DNA of 64,000 bases, from NCBI GenBank assembly GCA_964016885.1, contig CAXHJY010001555.1, positions 38,891-102,890 of the forward strand, written 5' to 3'. A program made the position numbers and the translations under genes. Source of the DNA: Eledone cirrhosa (Eukaryota). Within the stretch, counting starts at the first letter, position 1. Each line of letters opens with the position of its first letter. Positions 26,277 through 39,337 of this stretch are shown here, piece by piece. The notes under the pieces were generated by a model, which was given only the letters and a program-made list of their open reading frames with translations, did not search any database and was not told the origin of the DNA.

Positions 26277-26876
26277 CAATATGTAGAAAAGACAACACAC
26301 CAGAGAGAGAGAGATAGTGCACCATCAATCAAACAGGGAAAAACCACCAGTGTATGGAATCTATAACCCGTGTAAGGCAGAGTAGACACACAATAATTAA
26401 AAGTAGAAATTAAAGTATAAATACGTACCTTGATAACTATCTAACACACACGTACAAATCCAAAGAGATCTGTTTAACCAACTAATTTGTTGACAGAAAT
26501 GATTAGCCCATGGTTCATCAGCGTGTGTAAGGCTATACGTTTCAGACAACTCTAAAAGAATCTAAAGCGACCGTCCAGCCACACGTGGGAGTGAGATGTC
26601 ACAGCGTGCCTAGGGCAGTAACCAGTGGACTCTGAGGGACGAGCTGCTAGAAAGGGCAGTGTGCTAAACCAAACAGAGAGAGAGGAAAGACTGTTATAAG
26701 GAGCGAAATATCACGATAAATTAACGGAGCCATAGACTCTCGCTATTCCCTGTCAGTAATGTGCTCAAAGGAGAAGGAATCCCGAGCTCTTTATAATACA
26801 ATATGTTGAAAAGGTAGCACACTAGAGAGAGAGAGAGATAGTGCGTCATCAATCAAACAGGGAAAACATTTATCGT

Positions 26877-26914
<38 letters not shown>

Positions 26915-26979
26915 TATAATAAATATATATATAATATATATATAAATATATATATATAATAAATAAATATATATATATA

Positions 26980-27164
26980 TATTGTTTCTACTTTTGGCAC
27001 AAGGCCAGCAATTACCAAGTACATTACTGGTACTTTATTTTATCGACCCCGTAAGGATGAAAGGCAAAGTTAACCTCGACGGGATTTGAACGCAGACCGT
27101 AAAGAGACGTAACTATGCTGGAAAGCATGGCGTTCAACTCTCTACCGACACTGCCAATTCACCG

Positions 27165-27166
<2 letters not shown>
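26980..27166 (-). mobile_element. Full-length Nin-like tRNA-derived SINE
   Basis: Minus strand: ggcggtgaattggcagtgtcgg (A box)...gcgttcaaatcc (B box)...catccttacggggtcgataaaataaagtaccag...gtagaaacaat. Flanked by TA-rich tracts. Confidence 0.85.
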
Positions 27167-27167
<1 letters not shown>

Positions 27168-27231
<64 letters not shown>

Positions 27232-27299
27232 TGCACAATTTAATATATATATATATATAACAAATTATATATATATAACAAATTATATATATATATAAC

Positions 27300-27350
<51 letters not shown>

Positions 27351-27351
27351 C

Positions 27352-27386
<35 letters not shown>

Positions 27387-27387
27387 C

Positions 27388-27431
<44 letters not shown>

Positions 27432-27461
27432 GTCATATATATTAATGCACAATAATATGAC

Positions 27462-27502
<41 letters not shown>

Positions 27503-27503
27503 C

Positions 27504-27535
<32 letters not shown>

Positions 27536-27537
27536 AC

Positions 27538-27581
<44 letters not shown>

Positions 27582-27611
27582 GTCATATATATTAATGCAC
27601 AATAATATGAC

Positions 27612-27665
<54 letters not shown>

Positions 27666-27666
27666 G

Positions 27667-27707
<41 letters not shown>

Positions 27708-27708
27708 G

Positions 27709-27743
<35 letters not shown>

Positions 27744-27744
27744 G

Positions 27745-27781
<37 letters not shown>

Positions 27782-27783
27782 GT

Positions 27784-27815
<32 letters not shown>

Positions 27816-27888
27816 GTTATATATATATATATATATAATTTGTTATATATATATAATTTGTTATATATATATATATATATATAATTTG

Positions 27889-27923
<35 letters not shown>

Positions 27924-28000
27924 GTTTATATATATATATATATATAATTTGTTTATATATATATATATATAATTTGTTTATATATATATATATATATATA
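27168..28000. repeat. Complex (TA)n array punctuated by aacaaatt/aatttgtt units that switch orientation
   Basis: aacaaatt units dominate on the left and aatttgtt units after about 27660. The block tttgtcatatatattaatgcacaataatatgacaaatt is duplicated. Confidence 0.9.
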
Positions 28001-28260
28001 GCGGCGATGAATTAGTTTTGCGAGGTTTTTTATATGAAATCGTGTGTCGAAACAAATATTGTTATACTTGGGGAGGGTCATATTTGTGTAATATTGCCAG
28101 AATTAATAACAGAACACACTCACTGTTTGGTTGGTTTTCGCTTCTCGCTGTCTTTTATATCGGTAATCTAACTTACTCGGTCCTCAATGTTGCCATTGAC
28201 TGACCGACGGTCAAAAAATAATACAGATACAATATAGACACAAACACATATATATAGTTT

Positions 28261-28302
28261 ATCATAAATCTTTCGTTGCACATCTGCAACATCGTCAGTG
28301 GT
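28261..28302 (-). ncRNA. HHR in the left (inverted) pLTR
   Basis: Reverse complement of the motif at 31322-31363. Confidence 0.6.
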
Positions 28303-28726
28303 GTTATATTTTCCTCCTGTTGTGTTGTATGTCTACGCCATTTTTATTCAGTCTGTCTATATATTTATTTATTTATTTGCTTGTTTGTTTATTTTATTTT
28401 GTTTTCTTTGCGCATGCGTTTGCGTATGTGTATAGTGTTATGTGTGATGGGTGACTAGTGTGTGTTTATGTGCTTGTTATTGTGCTTGTTAATGTATTTA
28501 TTTATTTATTTATCTTATTTTATTTACTTATTTATACTTCTCTTAGGTCAATAACGGTGAAGTAAACAACAATACATCTAGCAATCATAACAATAATAGT
28601 AATGCTAATGAGAGAAACAACAACAACCACCCTGATAACAATAATAGCAACACACACAACTATGACGATAGATATGACAACTCCTTAGAGAAACTATTTT
28701 TCAACCCAGCTGACAAAACATATAAG

Positions 28727-31082
28727 ATGGGTAATATCTATCCTACGAGGTTACCCTTTAATAAAAGAGTTTGCATACCACAACAAATAGATGACGAGAC
28801 AGAGGCACAGTTCACCATAGCTAGAAATAAGATTAGACAAATAGTAGACAGGTATACTAAGAGACAGAGCAGACCAGAGGCCCAACAACTTGGGAGGAAA
28901 CCTGTAGAAGGCTTGGTTAGCCTCAAGCTGCGCACAAGGGATGGTGAGGTAGTGTGTCTACCCACGGATAAGTCTGGTAGGATGTCAATAGATAGCATGC
29001 CGAACTACATCGAGGCTATGCAACCCCACATCACCAACACGAGCGAAATTGCACAACATACACACGATGGGAGAGAAAAAATCCTCAACGCTCACATGAT
29101 GATGTGGACTGACATCCTAAAGCCAAGCAGACGCACTGCCAACAACTTCCAAGCGTCTAACAATGGCATACCACACTTGTATAGTCTCCGCAAAGACCAC
29201 AAGACAGTCGACGACCCGACAACAGGACCACCAACAAGACCCGTATGCGGAGCTAATATAGCTAGCAAATACAGGATCTCCTACTTCCTCTCAATGGTTA
29301 TACGCCCCATAATCAAGATGTCCCCAGATGTATGTGACAGTACAGCGGATCTCCTCAGCAGAATTAGTGAGTGCAACAAAAACAAGAACCTATCCAACTG
29401 CATAATAGGCAGCATGGATGTGATGTCACTGTACCCATACATTAACATTGATTTTTCTGTGAAAAGATGTGTGGAGATGATCATTGAGAGTGAGGTGGAG
29501 TTCTGCGACGTCGACACAGACGAACTGGGCCTCCTACTTAGACTGACCTACGACACTGACTACCTAGACAGCCATGACCTTAGATGTTTCTGCCCTAGTA
29601 GACCTATAAGAGGTAGACCCCTCACCATAACCTCAATGGCAAAAAAGACTCCCATGGGAAGGTGGATTGGGTGGACCAAAGCTATACGGACCCCCCAAAA
29701 CAATGATCAGGTAAGAAAAATGGTCGCACATGCAATAGGAGCTAGTATCAAAACTACCCTAAAGGGCCACATATTTAAGTTCAATGAGAAAATCTACACC
29801 CAAAACGAGGGAGCAGCCATCGGCGTCAGCATAGCTGGTGATGTTGCCAACCTTTTCATGGTATGGTGGGAAAGGAGACTATAAAGATCTCCTTAATGAA
29901 AGCTCCATAGACCTCATCATGTACTCTCGTTGTGTAGACGATATCAATATAGTTATAAGAACACCCCCACTAGAGAGCACTAACAAGTTTGATTTAGAAC
30001 GTAGCACGATGGAAAGCATCCAGCAGATAGCTAATTCCATACACCAGAGTATAACTGTAACTATCGACTTCCCTTCCAAACACCCTAACAATAGACTACC
30101 TGTATTAGACACAGAACTCTGGATTAACACTATAGACGAGAGAGCCCAAATTCTCCCCTCACACTATGCTAAACCCATGGCCTCCAAATACCTGATACTC
30201 AAAAACTCAGCAATGTCCAGTAGTGCTAAGTTTAATATTCTGATCGCAGATTTGGTACGAGTGATGAATAATGTGTCCCGCATGTGCGACCCAACAGAAA
30301 TGGAAAGACACATCCAACACTTCATCAACCGCATGTAGTTCTCTGGCTACAACCAAAGAGATAGAGTCAGAGTATACGAAGGAGCCATGGAAAAGTATAA
30401 GACCCTCATAGAACTGGACACGAAAGGAGTTTGCCCATTATACAGGAGCAAATCATGGAATAGCTTAGAGAGGGCTAGACATAAGATAGGGAAAGCCACC
30501 TCATGGTACGACAACCAGAGATACCAGAGTGTCATGTTTGTGGACGCCACCCCTGGAGGGAAATTAGCTAACCAGTGTAGAATGGCCCTGAGAAAGACCT
30601 ACTTAAAAATAAAGGTGGTAGAAAAGCCAGGAGCGACCATAAAATCCCTTATCAGCAAAACCTACCCTTTTAAGAAAACCCACTGTACCAATAGGAAATG
30701 TATCATATGTAAGGTGAACCCCCGGATAAACTGTAAAACTAGAAACGTAGTCTATAGCATAAGATATACAGAGGGTACTTGCAGAAACATGACAACAACA
30801 TACATAGGTGAGACAGTTCGTAGCATAGGTGAAAGGATAGACCAACACTGAGGGGAACTAAAAGGACGAAAAAACGGGTCAATACTATACGAACATGCTA
30901 GACAACAACATGACGGTAACATAGACAACATAGAAATTACAATAATATCTAAACATAGAAATGACCCAGCAGATAGGCAAATCAGAGAGGCCAGTGAAAT
31001 AGAAATTAGAAGACCAAAGCTAAACAGAAAGAATGAATGGAATAACAACAACACCCAAACAAACAACACTGACCTAAGATAA
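28727..31082 (+). pseudogene. PLE RT plus GIY-YIG ORF (frameshift near 29880; stops at about 30338 and 30851)
   Basis: PTDKSG; LRKDHK...PTRPV; SMDVMSLYP; QNEGAAIG; RCVDD; LPVLD; NVVYSI...YIGET.RS..ERIDQH; EHA..QH; RQIREA; LNRKNEW. Confidence 0.92.
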
Positions 31083-31321
31083 GTATAAATAAGTAAATAA
31101 AATAAGATAAATAAATAAATAAATAGAAACACAAGCACAATAACAACAAGCACATAAACACACACTAGTCACCCATCACACAGCAAACATAACACTATAC
31201 ACATACGCAAACGCAAAGAAAACAAAATAAAATAAACAAACAAGCAAATAAATAAATAAATATATAGACAGACTGAATAAAAATGGCGTAGACATACAAC
31301 ACAACAGGAGGAAAATATAAC

Positions 31322-31363
31322 ACCACTGACGATGTTGCAGATGTGCAACGAAAGATTTATGAT
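31322..31363 (+). ncRNA. Type I HHR in the right pLTR
   Basis: acca-CTGACGA-t-gttgca-gatg-tgcaac-GAAA-gatt-TA-tgat. Confidence 0.6.
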
Positions 31364-31771
31364 AAACTATATATATGTGTTTGCGTCTATATTGTATCTG
31401 TATTATTTTTTGACCGTCGGTCAGTCAATGGCAACATTGAGGACCGAGTAAGTTAGATTACCGATATAAAAGACAGCGAGAAGCGAAAACCAACCAAACA
31501 GTGAGTGTGTTCTGTTATTAATTCTGGCAATATTACACAAATATGACCCTCCCCAAGTATAACAATATATATATATATATATATATATTGGTGGGTTCGA
31601 CTCCCATGTACGGCAACACTCATCTTTTTCCATTTCTCCGAGGGTTATAAACCCCACTATCAGGCTAGAAATTTCTTTAGTCTAAAATACGGTGAATGCT
31701 TATAATTTCTAATTTTTAAACTCGCGCACCGTTTCAAAAACATACTTACATGTTTACATTTATAATTTGCT

Positions 31772-31809
<38 letters not shown>

Positions 31810-31811
<2 letters not shown>

Positions 31812-34800
31812 TAAACTGAATAGAAAATGCTGACAAATTGTTCACAGTGAAAAATAGTTTAATTAGGAATAAGTGAGAATTAGTAATTGTATTGGTTAGT
31901 ATTCAGTTTTGGTTTTAAGTTTTACCGGTTGCGCATTTCTAATGCTTTTCGAAAATAATTTTGAGATAGAGCGTCCGTGATGTTTGCTACTCTGAGGTGC
32001 TATAACTTGTCGAGTGCTTGGCTGCACTGCTGAAAGCATTCGTCGGCTTGGCTGAGGCTCTGGCTTCGAATATGTTGTACTTGCATTTGTATATATCTTC
32101 ACTCCTATGACTTTTTCAATTTTCAACGGAAATTTCAATACTTATACAGCTCCCAAGGGAATGATCGTAGAATATTCTACATTTTTATGAGATTGGCACC
32201 TTCCAGCCCTTTTAAAGTCGAGCACTCTTCAGTCAATAGGATTTTAAACCAATACTGAACATGGATAAATATCCTTTGGATTACTCTATCAATAATATCG
32301 CAACACCTTCTAACACTTCCTACACGAAAATGCTGATAGACAAAGTAGAGAAAGTTGTTAAAAGAATGTGATGGAAAGCTTTGATTCTCGATGGACACTT
32401 TAACACGGACTCTACGGAACATTTTGATATCAAAACTCATAAATACCCGCAAAGAGTAAAAGATATGACCGCTTTTGAACTAGACTTAGTTAATTTAATC
32501 AACAATATCAATTTTCGTAAGTACTCTAACCCTTTTCAATCTAAACTATCTAATGATATTTCAATATTCAAATCTTCTAAAAATAAGTTCATTTTCTCCG
32601 ACAAAACTAAAAGTTTATACGAAGTTAATAACAATTTACATGACCAACTCTTAATAGATAACATCACCTCTAAATACCAAATAGCTAATATAAACACGTA
32701 TAATAATATAAATAAGGAAGCTAAAGAATTAGCTAATTCTTTAAAAATAGATGATAGGACAGAAAAACTTGCTAAACGTAATGCCTATATCACCCTTAAA
32801 GATCACAAACCTGACTTTATTAATCGTCCTAGTTGTAGATTAATCAACCCTGCTAAGACTGATATCGGTCTTGCCAGCAAAAACATTTTAAATAATTTAA
32901 ACACACAGATTAGAAGTAAGTCTGAATTACTCCAATGGATAAATAGCTCTTTCGTAGTACATTGGTTTAATAATATTACAGATAAAAATAGTTCTAGATT
33001 CACCCAATTTGAGATTGTAGATTTCTACCCCTTTATCGCTCAGACTCTTTTAGTGAAAGCCTTAAATTTCGCTAGAAAGTTCACCAATATTTCTGATATT
33101 GAAGAGAATGTCATCTTGCATGCTAGAAACTCTCTACTCTTTACTGATAATGACACTTGGGTAAAAATATCTAACCCAGAGAACCCATTCGATGTCTCAA
33201 TGGGTTATTTTGACAGTGCTGATATTTGTGATTTAGTCGGCCTATTCCTCCTACACACACTTAAAGAAAAATTCCCTAACCATATTTTTGGGCTTTATCG
33301 CGACGATGGTCTAATACTTTCCCATACCACCATAGGCCATAACTTAGATAGATTAAGGAAAGACTCAATAAAAACCTTCGCTAGTTTTAATCTTAAAATT
33401 ACTATTGACACTAACCTTTCCAATGTTAATTTTCTAGATATAAACCTAGATCTGCTTACTGCTTTTTTAAACCGTACCATAAAGCTAATGAAAATTTTAA
33501 ATATATAAATAAAGGCTCTTGCCATCCTCCTATAGTTTTTAAAAACCTTATCCCTAATATTAGTCGTAGAATCTCCACCCTCTCTTCCTCAGAAGCTATT
33601 TTCAACAAGGCATCTCCCTACTATAATAAAGCCATCCAAAATAGCGGATTTAGCGAACCGATTAAGTACATACCCAACAATACTAACTCTTTTAAACATA
33701 ATAATAGGAAAAGAAAAATAATCTGGTTCACCCCCACCACTCTAGCAGTTAAAACTAATGTAGGCAAACAATTCCTAGAGCTCTTAGATAAACATTTCCC
33801 TAGAACACATAGATACTATAAGATCTTCAATAGAAACTTTGTCAAAATTAGCTACTCCTGCGGTGCCTCAATTAAATCTTATATCATCAATAAGAAATCC
33901 CCCAGAGAACATCAAAATTGCTCCTGTAGAGTCAAAAGTGAATGCCCATTACAAGGTAAATGCAACACCAAAGCCATTGTATATGCGGCTAAAGTGACAA
34001 GCATCAGCAATAACCTACCAGCCACCACCGAACGATATGTGGGTATGACACAAGACAAATTCAAAACGCGTTATTACTCACATGTCGCATCTTTCCGACA
34101 TCCAGAAAAAAGATTCACAACAGCTCTGGCGAGCAGAATGTGGGATTTGAAAGACCAAAGTATCCAATATAAATTGGATTGTTCAATTTTGAACCAATCT
34201 AAAGAATATGCAAGAGGAACAAGAAGATGCACACTCTGCATAAGTGAAAAATATTGGATTTTACAGAACCTTAAATCACCAAAAACCTGTCTAAATACAA
34301 AAACAGAAATGTTCACCAGTTGCCCACACATGAAATCACACTTGCTTTCCAGCTCATATAAATTTAACTCACTTTCAGATACTTATCCTCCATAAACTCT
34401 TGTTCTTCACGTTCCTTAAATTATCCTCTTTACAGACTTCTCTTTCTGATTTACTTTCATTTTTAACTTGATTTTTAACTTGATTTTTATTTTTACTTCA
34501 CATTCACCAGTAACCCCCCCCCCCTACTTTTCGATTCACTTACCTAATATCTTCACATCCCACATTTTACTTCCCCATTTTCTTTCACTACCTGATATCA
34601 TATGTCACTTCCGTTTTCCACTCCAGATATATTCTGTTGTTTCGCAGCCGATTTTATATTTGTACTCATTTATTTATACGGTTGGTTTATAATTTGTATC
34701 TAAGTGTGTGAGTGTGCTTATGTGTGAATACGTTCCTGTATATGTATACGAACGCCTCCGTATGTGTGCGTGCGTACGTATATATATGTGCGTGTGTATG

Positions 34801-36140
34801 TGTGTTTTTATATCTATATTTTTTTATATCTATGTTGTTTACATACTTGTTTATACGTGTGTGTGTATGTGGGTGAATGTATGTGTATGTGTATGTATAT
34901 ATGTGTATATGTATACGTATGTATGGGTGTATATGTATATATGTATATATATATATAGTCGCGTACGTACGTGTGATTAGATATACATGTGGCGATATAT
35001 ATATATATACGTGCCTCGTGTGTATGTATGTACGCATGCATGCGCGTTTGTCTGTACGTATTTGTGTGTATACATATTTATATATATATATGTGTGTGTA
35101 CGTGCGTACCTATGTTTGTTTTCTTTTTTCTAGTGTTAATTGATAACCCTCCCTCTTACTTTCTCTTTGATTTAACATTTTTTTTCATTCTCATATATTG
35201 TTTCATGTTTATACATATATCGAGAATGACACTTCTTTTTACTATTACACTCTCTTCCCACTTTATCTTCCGCATATAAGTGACGGCGTGTGTGTTTGTG
35301 TTTATACGCGTGCTTTCATACTCGTATGTGTATTTAATACCTGTATCCGGATGCGTGTTAACTATATTATCTTACAATTTCTTTTTCAACTCATATTATA
35401 TACGTATTTGTGATCACATATACACAAATATACTTGCCCTCATATATGTACTTACGCACACATTTTCACCATACACATGCATTTGTACATACACACATAT
35501 GTACATTTGTGAGTGTAAATACATATATATACACATACCCTAACTATATTTCCTTATTTTTTTATATATCTCTTGCATTACATTTATTTAAATCTTTTTG
35601 CTCGTTAAACTCTTGCCTTTCTTGAGGAGATTTTCCAAATATTTCACTATCTTTTAAATTGCCTTATTCGGGAAACCTCTGGTAATGAGGTAATTATATT
35701 GTATTGTTTATTATACATTATATATATACATATATATATATATATATTTAAAAGAATAGAGGTGTAACACACGAGTTGTGATATATTAGTAAAAGGAAAA
35801 GAAAACGCTGACAAATTGTTCACAGTGAAAAATAGTTTAATTAGGAATAAGTAAAAAATGGTAATAAGTATTGGTTAGTATTCAGTTTTAAGTTTTTACC
35901 GGTTGCGCATTTCTAATGCTTTTCAAAAATAATTTTGAGATAGAGCGCCCGTAATGTTTGCTCTCATCACGGGCGCTCTATCTCAAAATCATTTTTGAAA
36001 AGCATTAGAAATGCGCAACCGGTAAAAACTTAAAATTAAAACTGAATACTAACCAACACTTATTACTAATTTTTATTTATTCCTAATTAAACTATTTTTA
36101 ACTGGGAACAATGTCAGCATTTTCTTTTACTTTTACTAAT
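31810..36140 (+). mobile_element. Near full-length Hydra-like PLE with a direct pLTR repeat and a terminal fold-back copy
   Basis: About 31825-31988 is directly repeated at about 35802-35963, then inverted at about 35966-36140. Both flanks are (TA)n. Confidence 0.85.
32261..34395 (+). pseudogene. PLE RT plus GIY-YIG ORF, nearly intact (TGA at 32369, frameshift near 33460)
   Basis: MDKYPLDYSINNIATPS...KRM*WKA; FSDKT; LKDHK..F..RPSCRLINPAK; QFEIVDFYP; MGYFDSADICDLVG; GLYRDDGL; CSCRVKSECPL; YVGMT..KFKTRY..H; CTLCISEK; CPH. Confidence 0.92.
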
Positions 36141-36154
36141 ATATATATATATAT

Positions 36155-36342
36155 ATAGGAAAACGTATGACCCCAACGGCAGAGCTGAAGCCGTTTCGAC
36201 GGCTATTTCCAGAAATAGCCGTCGAAACGGCTTGAGCTCTGCCGTCGGGGTCATACTTTTTCCTATTTCCCACTCTACTACCCCATGTAATGAGTACTCT
36301 GGTGCGTTATGGTCCATCTGGTTCTTTACCACAATTACTTTG

Positions 36343-36345
<3 letters not shown>
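36155..36345. mobile_element. Second copy of the fold-back element (55-bp arms)
   Basis: Palindrome 36155-36266 centred at 36210/36211, with the same tail as 3617-3680. Confidence 0.8.
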
Positions 36346-36386
<41 letters not shown>

Positions 36387-36399
36387 ATATAGATCGACT

Positions 36400-36592
36400 T
36401 TCGCCAATCGGATCGAGGAAACAATGTTTCCATTGGTCTTTCCAATTGCTAATACTGTCTAATACTTCCATTTAGAAGAAGCAGCTTGAAATAAAGTTTC
36501 TTGCTGAAGGACATAACGCAGGGCCCGGTCCGCCAATCGAATTCACAACCGTGAGGCTGTGAATGCAATTCTCTAATCACTCAGCCTTCACT
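36400..36592 (-). mobile_element. Degenerate CORE-type SINE
   Basis: gaaataaagtttcttgctgaaggacataacgc...tcgaattcacaacc resembles 22908-23012. Confidence 0.6.
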
Positions 36593-36628
36593 TATGCATG
36601 TGTGTGTGTGTGTGTATATATATATATG

Positions 36629-39275
36629 TTTCTTTTATTTGCCACCAGGGCATCAAAAGTGGGACAAGTACAATGGGGGGGAGTTTACAAAACAAGGCGT
36701 CCTCAATAAGGCGGAGGCAATAACAATATATAAAAATAAAATAAAATATAACAAAAAATAAAATTTATAACAAAGTCCTCAATAGAGAGGAGGCGCCTTG
36801 GGGGTCACACACACCCCCGAAAAAAGTGTGCAACCCTTCTCCTCAGGAGCACAGAGAAGGGGTGCTCCCTTGGTCTTTCATCTTCCTCACCTATAGTCTG
36901 ATGTAGAGTGAAGGCCCATTCACACGGGCCATTCTCGCCACTTTCACCCATCTTTCATAGAAACGGCTGGGGTGCAGCACCTCTCTCTCCATCCTGATCC
37001 TTCTTCCGAAATGATATCGGAAGAAACGGACCAGTTGTTGGCCAGAGAGAAAGGTGTCTGACCTCAGTCCTTTCAGACGCGTCCACCATACAACCTCTTT
37101 CGCCATGGCTATTACGCACAGAAACACCGCCTCTCCTTCGTTTTTGAAGAGGGGAGGCGGCTTGATCGTTACAATAGACTCGGTGGTCAACCGGATCGGT
37201 CCCACCCTTGACAGCAGTTGTTCGACATAGCCCCACAGATCGGCAATGCCCGAGCAGTGTACCAATGCGTGTGCAACGGTTTCCTCGTCGCACACGCATC
37301 TGGGACAGACCTTTTTCGATGGGTCCCTACCCGGGCGCCCGTGTCTGTAGAGCCTTTCTCGAACGGGCAGAGCCCTTCTGTAGCATTGCCAGGCCAGGGA
37401 CCTCTGGAAGTTATCCATGGGTCCCGGGCTGAATGTCCTACCGAACAGGTTGGCCAGTTCGTCTTCCTCCATGCCTAGGGCTTCTCCGAGGGCGTCGTCG
37501 CACCTGCTAACCACCAGCCCTCTATAGAATGACGAGGTGGATTCTCCACTGACAGCCGGGTCCGCCTGCCAGAGAGCCGTGAGCGCCTGGGCACACTCGG
37601 TGTGCCAGGCGCCCAGTTTTCTCGGTCTTTGCTTGACCCAGGATTGCAGCTCGGTGAGTGAGACGAGTCTGGGAAAGGCTCGCCTCACAAACGGGGCCCA
37701 CACCGGTTGACCGGAGAGGAATACCTGAAGGTGCCGTAGCCTTAATGCGTGTTTACGTATCATCAGCCACGGCATCCCCAGCCCTCCTTTCGAAGGGTGT
37801 TGACAGCAGATGGATCTCCTCACCATAGGAGCCCGCTTCTTCCAAAGAATTGGAAGAGTGCGCGCTCCATTTTGGCGAGCGTTTCCCTTGGGCAAGGCAC
37901 CACGGTAAGGCGGTAGTAGATGACGGACGCTATATAAGTGTTCGCCACCTCCGCCCGACCTTTCAGGGACAGTTTGCACTCGGCCCACTTCTGGGTCAGT
38001 GCAAACACCCTGCTCGTCACCTCACCCCAGTTCTTCTCCACCTGGAGGTCTGGTCCGAACCAGACCCCGAGCAATTACACCGGGCCCTCCGTCCAGCGCC
38101 CGACGACGCCATCGGAGGGCATCGATCTGCCCCTCCACGTGCCGAGTTGCAGACCGATCGACTTGTCCCGGTTCAGCTTAGCCCCTGTAAACCTTTCGTA
38201 CTCCTCCAGTAAGGTGCCGATCGCCCCGATTTCCGAGGCCGTCGACACCATTACTGTTACGTCATCGGCGTAGGCTGACACCGCTTTCCGCAATCCCGGT
38301 TCCAACGGGATGCCCTGCAACAACTCCAACTTCCGCAGCAGTGGCTCTAGAGTCACTACATACAGAAGGGAGGAGAGAGGGCACCCCTGTCGGATGGACC
38401 GCGCGATTTCGAACGGCTCTGAGAGGTAGCCGTTCACCTTGACCCTAGAGCAGATGCGGCTGCTGTGCATGGCATTGATCCAGCCCCTGAAAACGAGTCC
38501 GAAGCCTGCCGCCGCTAGCACCGCATCCAGGTAACCATGGTCGACCCTATCGAATGCCTTAGATTGATCCAAGTTGATCAGGGCCCCACCAAAGCCGGGT
38601 TCGTTCCCAACCCTCTCTATGATGTATCGCATGAGGTGGAGGTTATCGTGGATGGACCTGGACGGGATAGCACATGTCTGCGCATCTCCCACCAGGTTGC
38701 CCACGACAAGCGCCAACCTCTTTGCTAGCACCTTGGCCCAAATCTGTAACTCTGTATTTAGCAGAGTTATGGGCCTGAAATTATTTATATCGTCCCCCTT
38801 GTTCTCGTCCTTCCTCACTAGCGTGACTACGCCCTTGGTCACAGCACAGGGAATTCTCCCGTTCTGTCGCCAGTTGCAGTAGACCGCCTCGAGGAGTTCG
38901 GGGAACAAGTCCGGCATAGCTAGATATAATTCGTATGGAAGACCATCGAGACCCGGGGATTTGTGTTTGCCGCATTGGCTCAGCACGTCCTCTATCTCAG
39001 CGGCTGAAATCGGCTCCTCGTAGGACTTCGCCTCCCTGTCCGAGAGACGCGGCAGGCCGTCGAGGTATGGACCGAAGTCCACGTCCCTAACCGGCCCCCC
39101 GCCCCTTCCGAACAATTCGGCAAAGTGCTTTTGAAAAGCCTCGCACATCTGCTTAGGTTCAAGGATCACCCGTCCATCCTGGTCTCGCAAAGACCGGATA
39201 GTGGATCTGCTCCCTCTTTTGGCTTCTGTCACGCGGGCCCAGCTAACAGCTTTGGTCCCCTCGTTTCCCAGAGCA
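36629..39275 (-). mobile_element. 5'-truncated L1/Tx1-clade LINE (ORF2 RT, C-terminal Cys-rich region, 3' UTR)
   Basis: GC-rich block between (TG)/(TA) and (GATA)n tracts. The minus-strand 3' end reads aataaaagaaac. Confidence 0.88.
36891..39275 (-). pseudogene. L1/Tx1 ORF2 reverse transcriptase (stop at about 38075, frameshift near 37860)
   Basis: KSPGLDGLPYELY; NFRPITLLN; LDQSKAFDRVDH; IRQGCPLS; AYADD; GGLGMP; CPRC...ET..HAL.HC. Confidence 0.92.
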
Positions 39276-39276
39276 T

Positions 39277-39309
<33 letters not shown>

Positions 39310-39337
39310 GAGGGAGAGAAAACGATTATTAGGAAGA

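Larger units (their letters stand above)
28001..31567 (+). mobile_element. PLE (tentatively Nematis-like) with about 490-bp inverted pLTR arms, in (TA)n
   Basis: 28058-28549 is the reverse complement of about 31070-31567. An extra tail (28001-28057) is present only on the left. An RT plus GIY-YIG ORF lies inside. Confidence 0.9.

Noticed and set aside
28058-31567. Long terminal inverted repeats suggesting a DNA transposon
   Set aside because: The interior encodes PLE RT and GIY-YIG, not a transposase; the repeats are inverted pLTRs.
31589-31616. tRNA-like B box ggttcgactccc
   Set aside because: Only a T-arm-like fragment next to (TA)n with no cloverleaf; likely a repeat remnant.
31825-31866. 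HHR-like ctgacaa-attg-ttca-cagt-gaaa in the pLTR (also at about 35808)
   Set aside because: The core lacks the essential G (CUGACAA) in both copies and helix I does not pair.
32369-32371. In-frame TGA in PLE ORFs (also at 30849) as possible selenocysteine, as in some Naiad PLEs
   Set aside because: The first aligns with Arg in the paralogue (KRLRWRA), consistent with CGA-to-TGA decay. Neither is an evident Cys position, the ORFs have other lesions, and I recognised no SECIS.
35622-35692. HHR-like ttgagga...gaaa-cctc-loop-gagg-ta
   Set aside because: Helix III is good, but the core C is missing and helices I and II are unconvincing.
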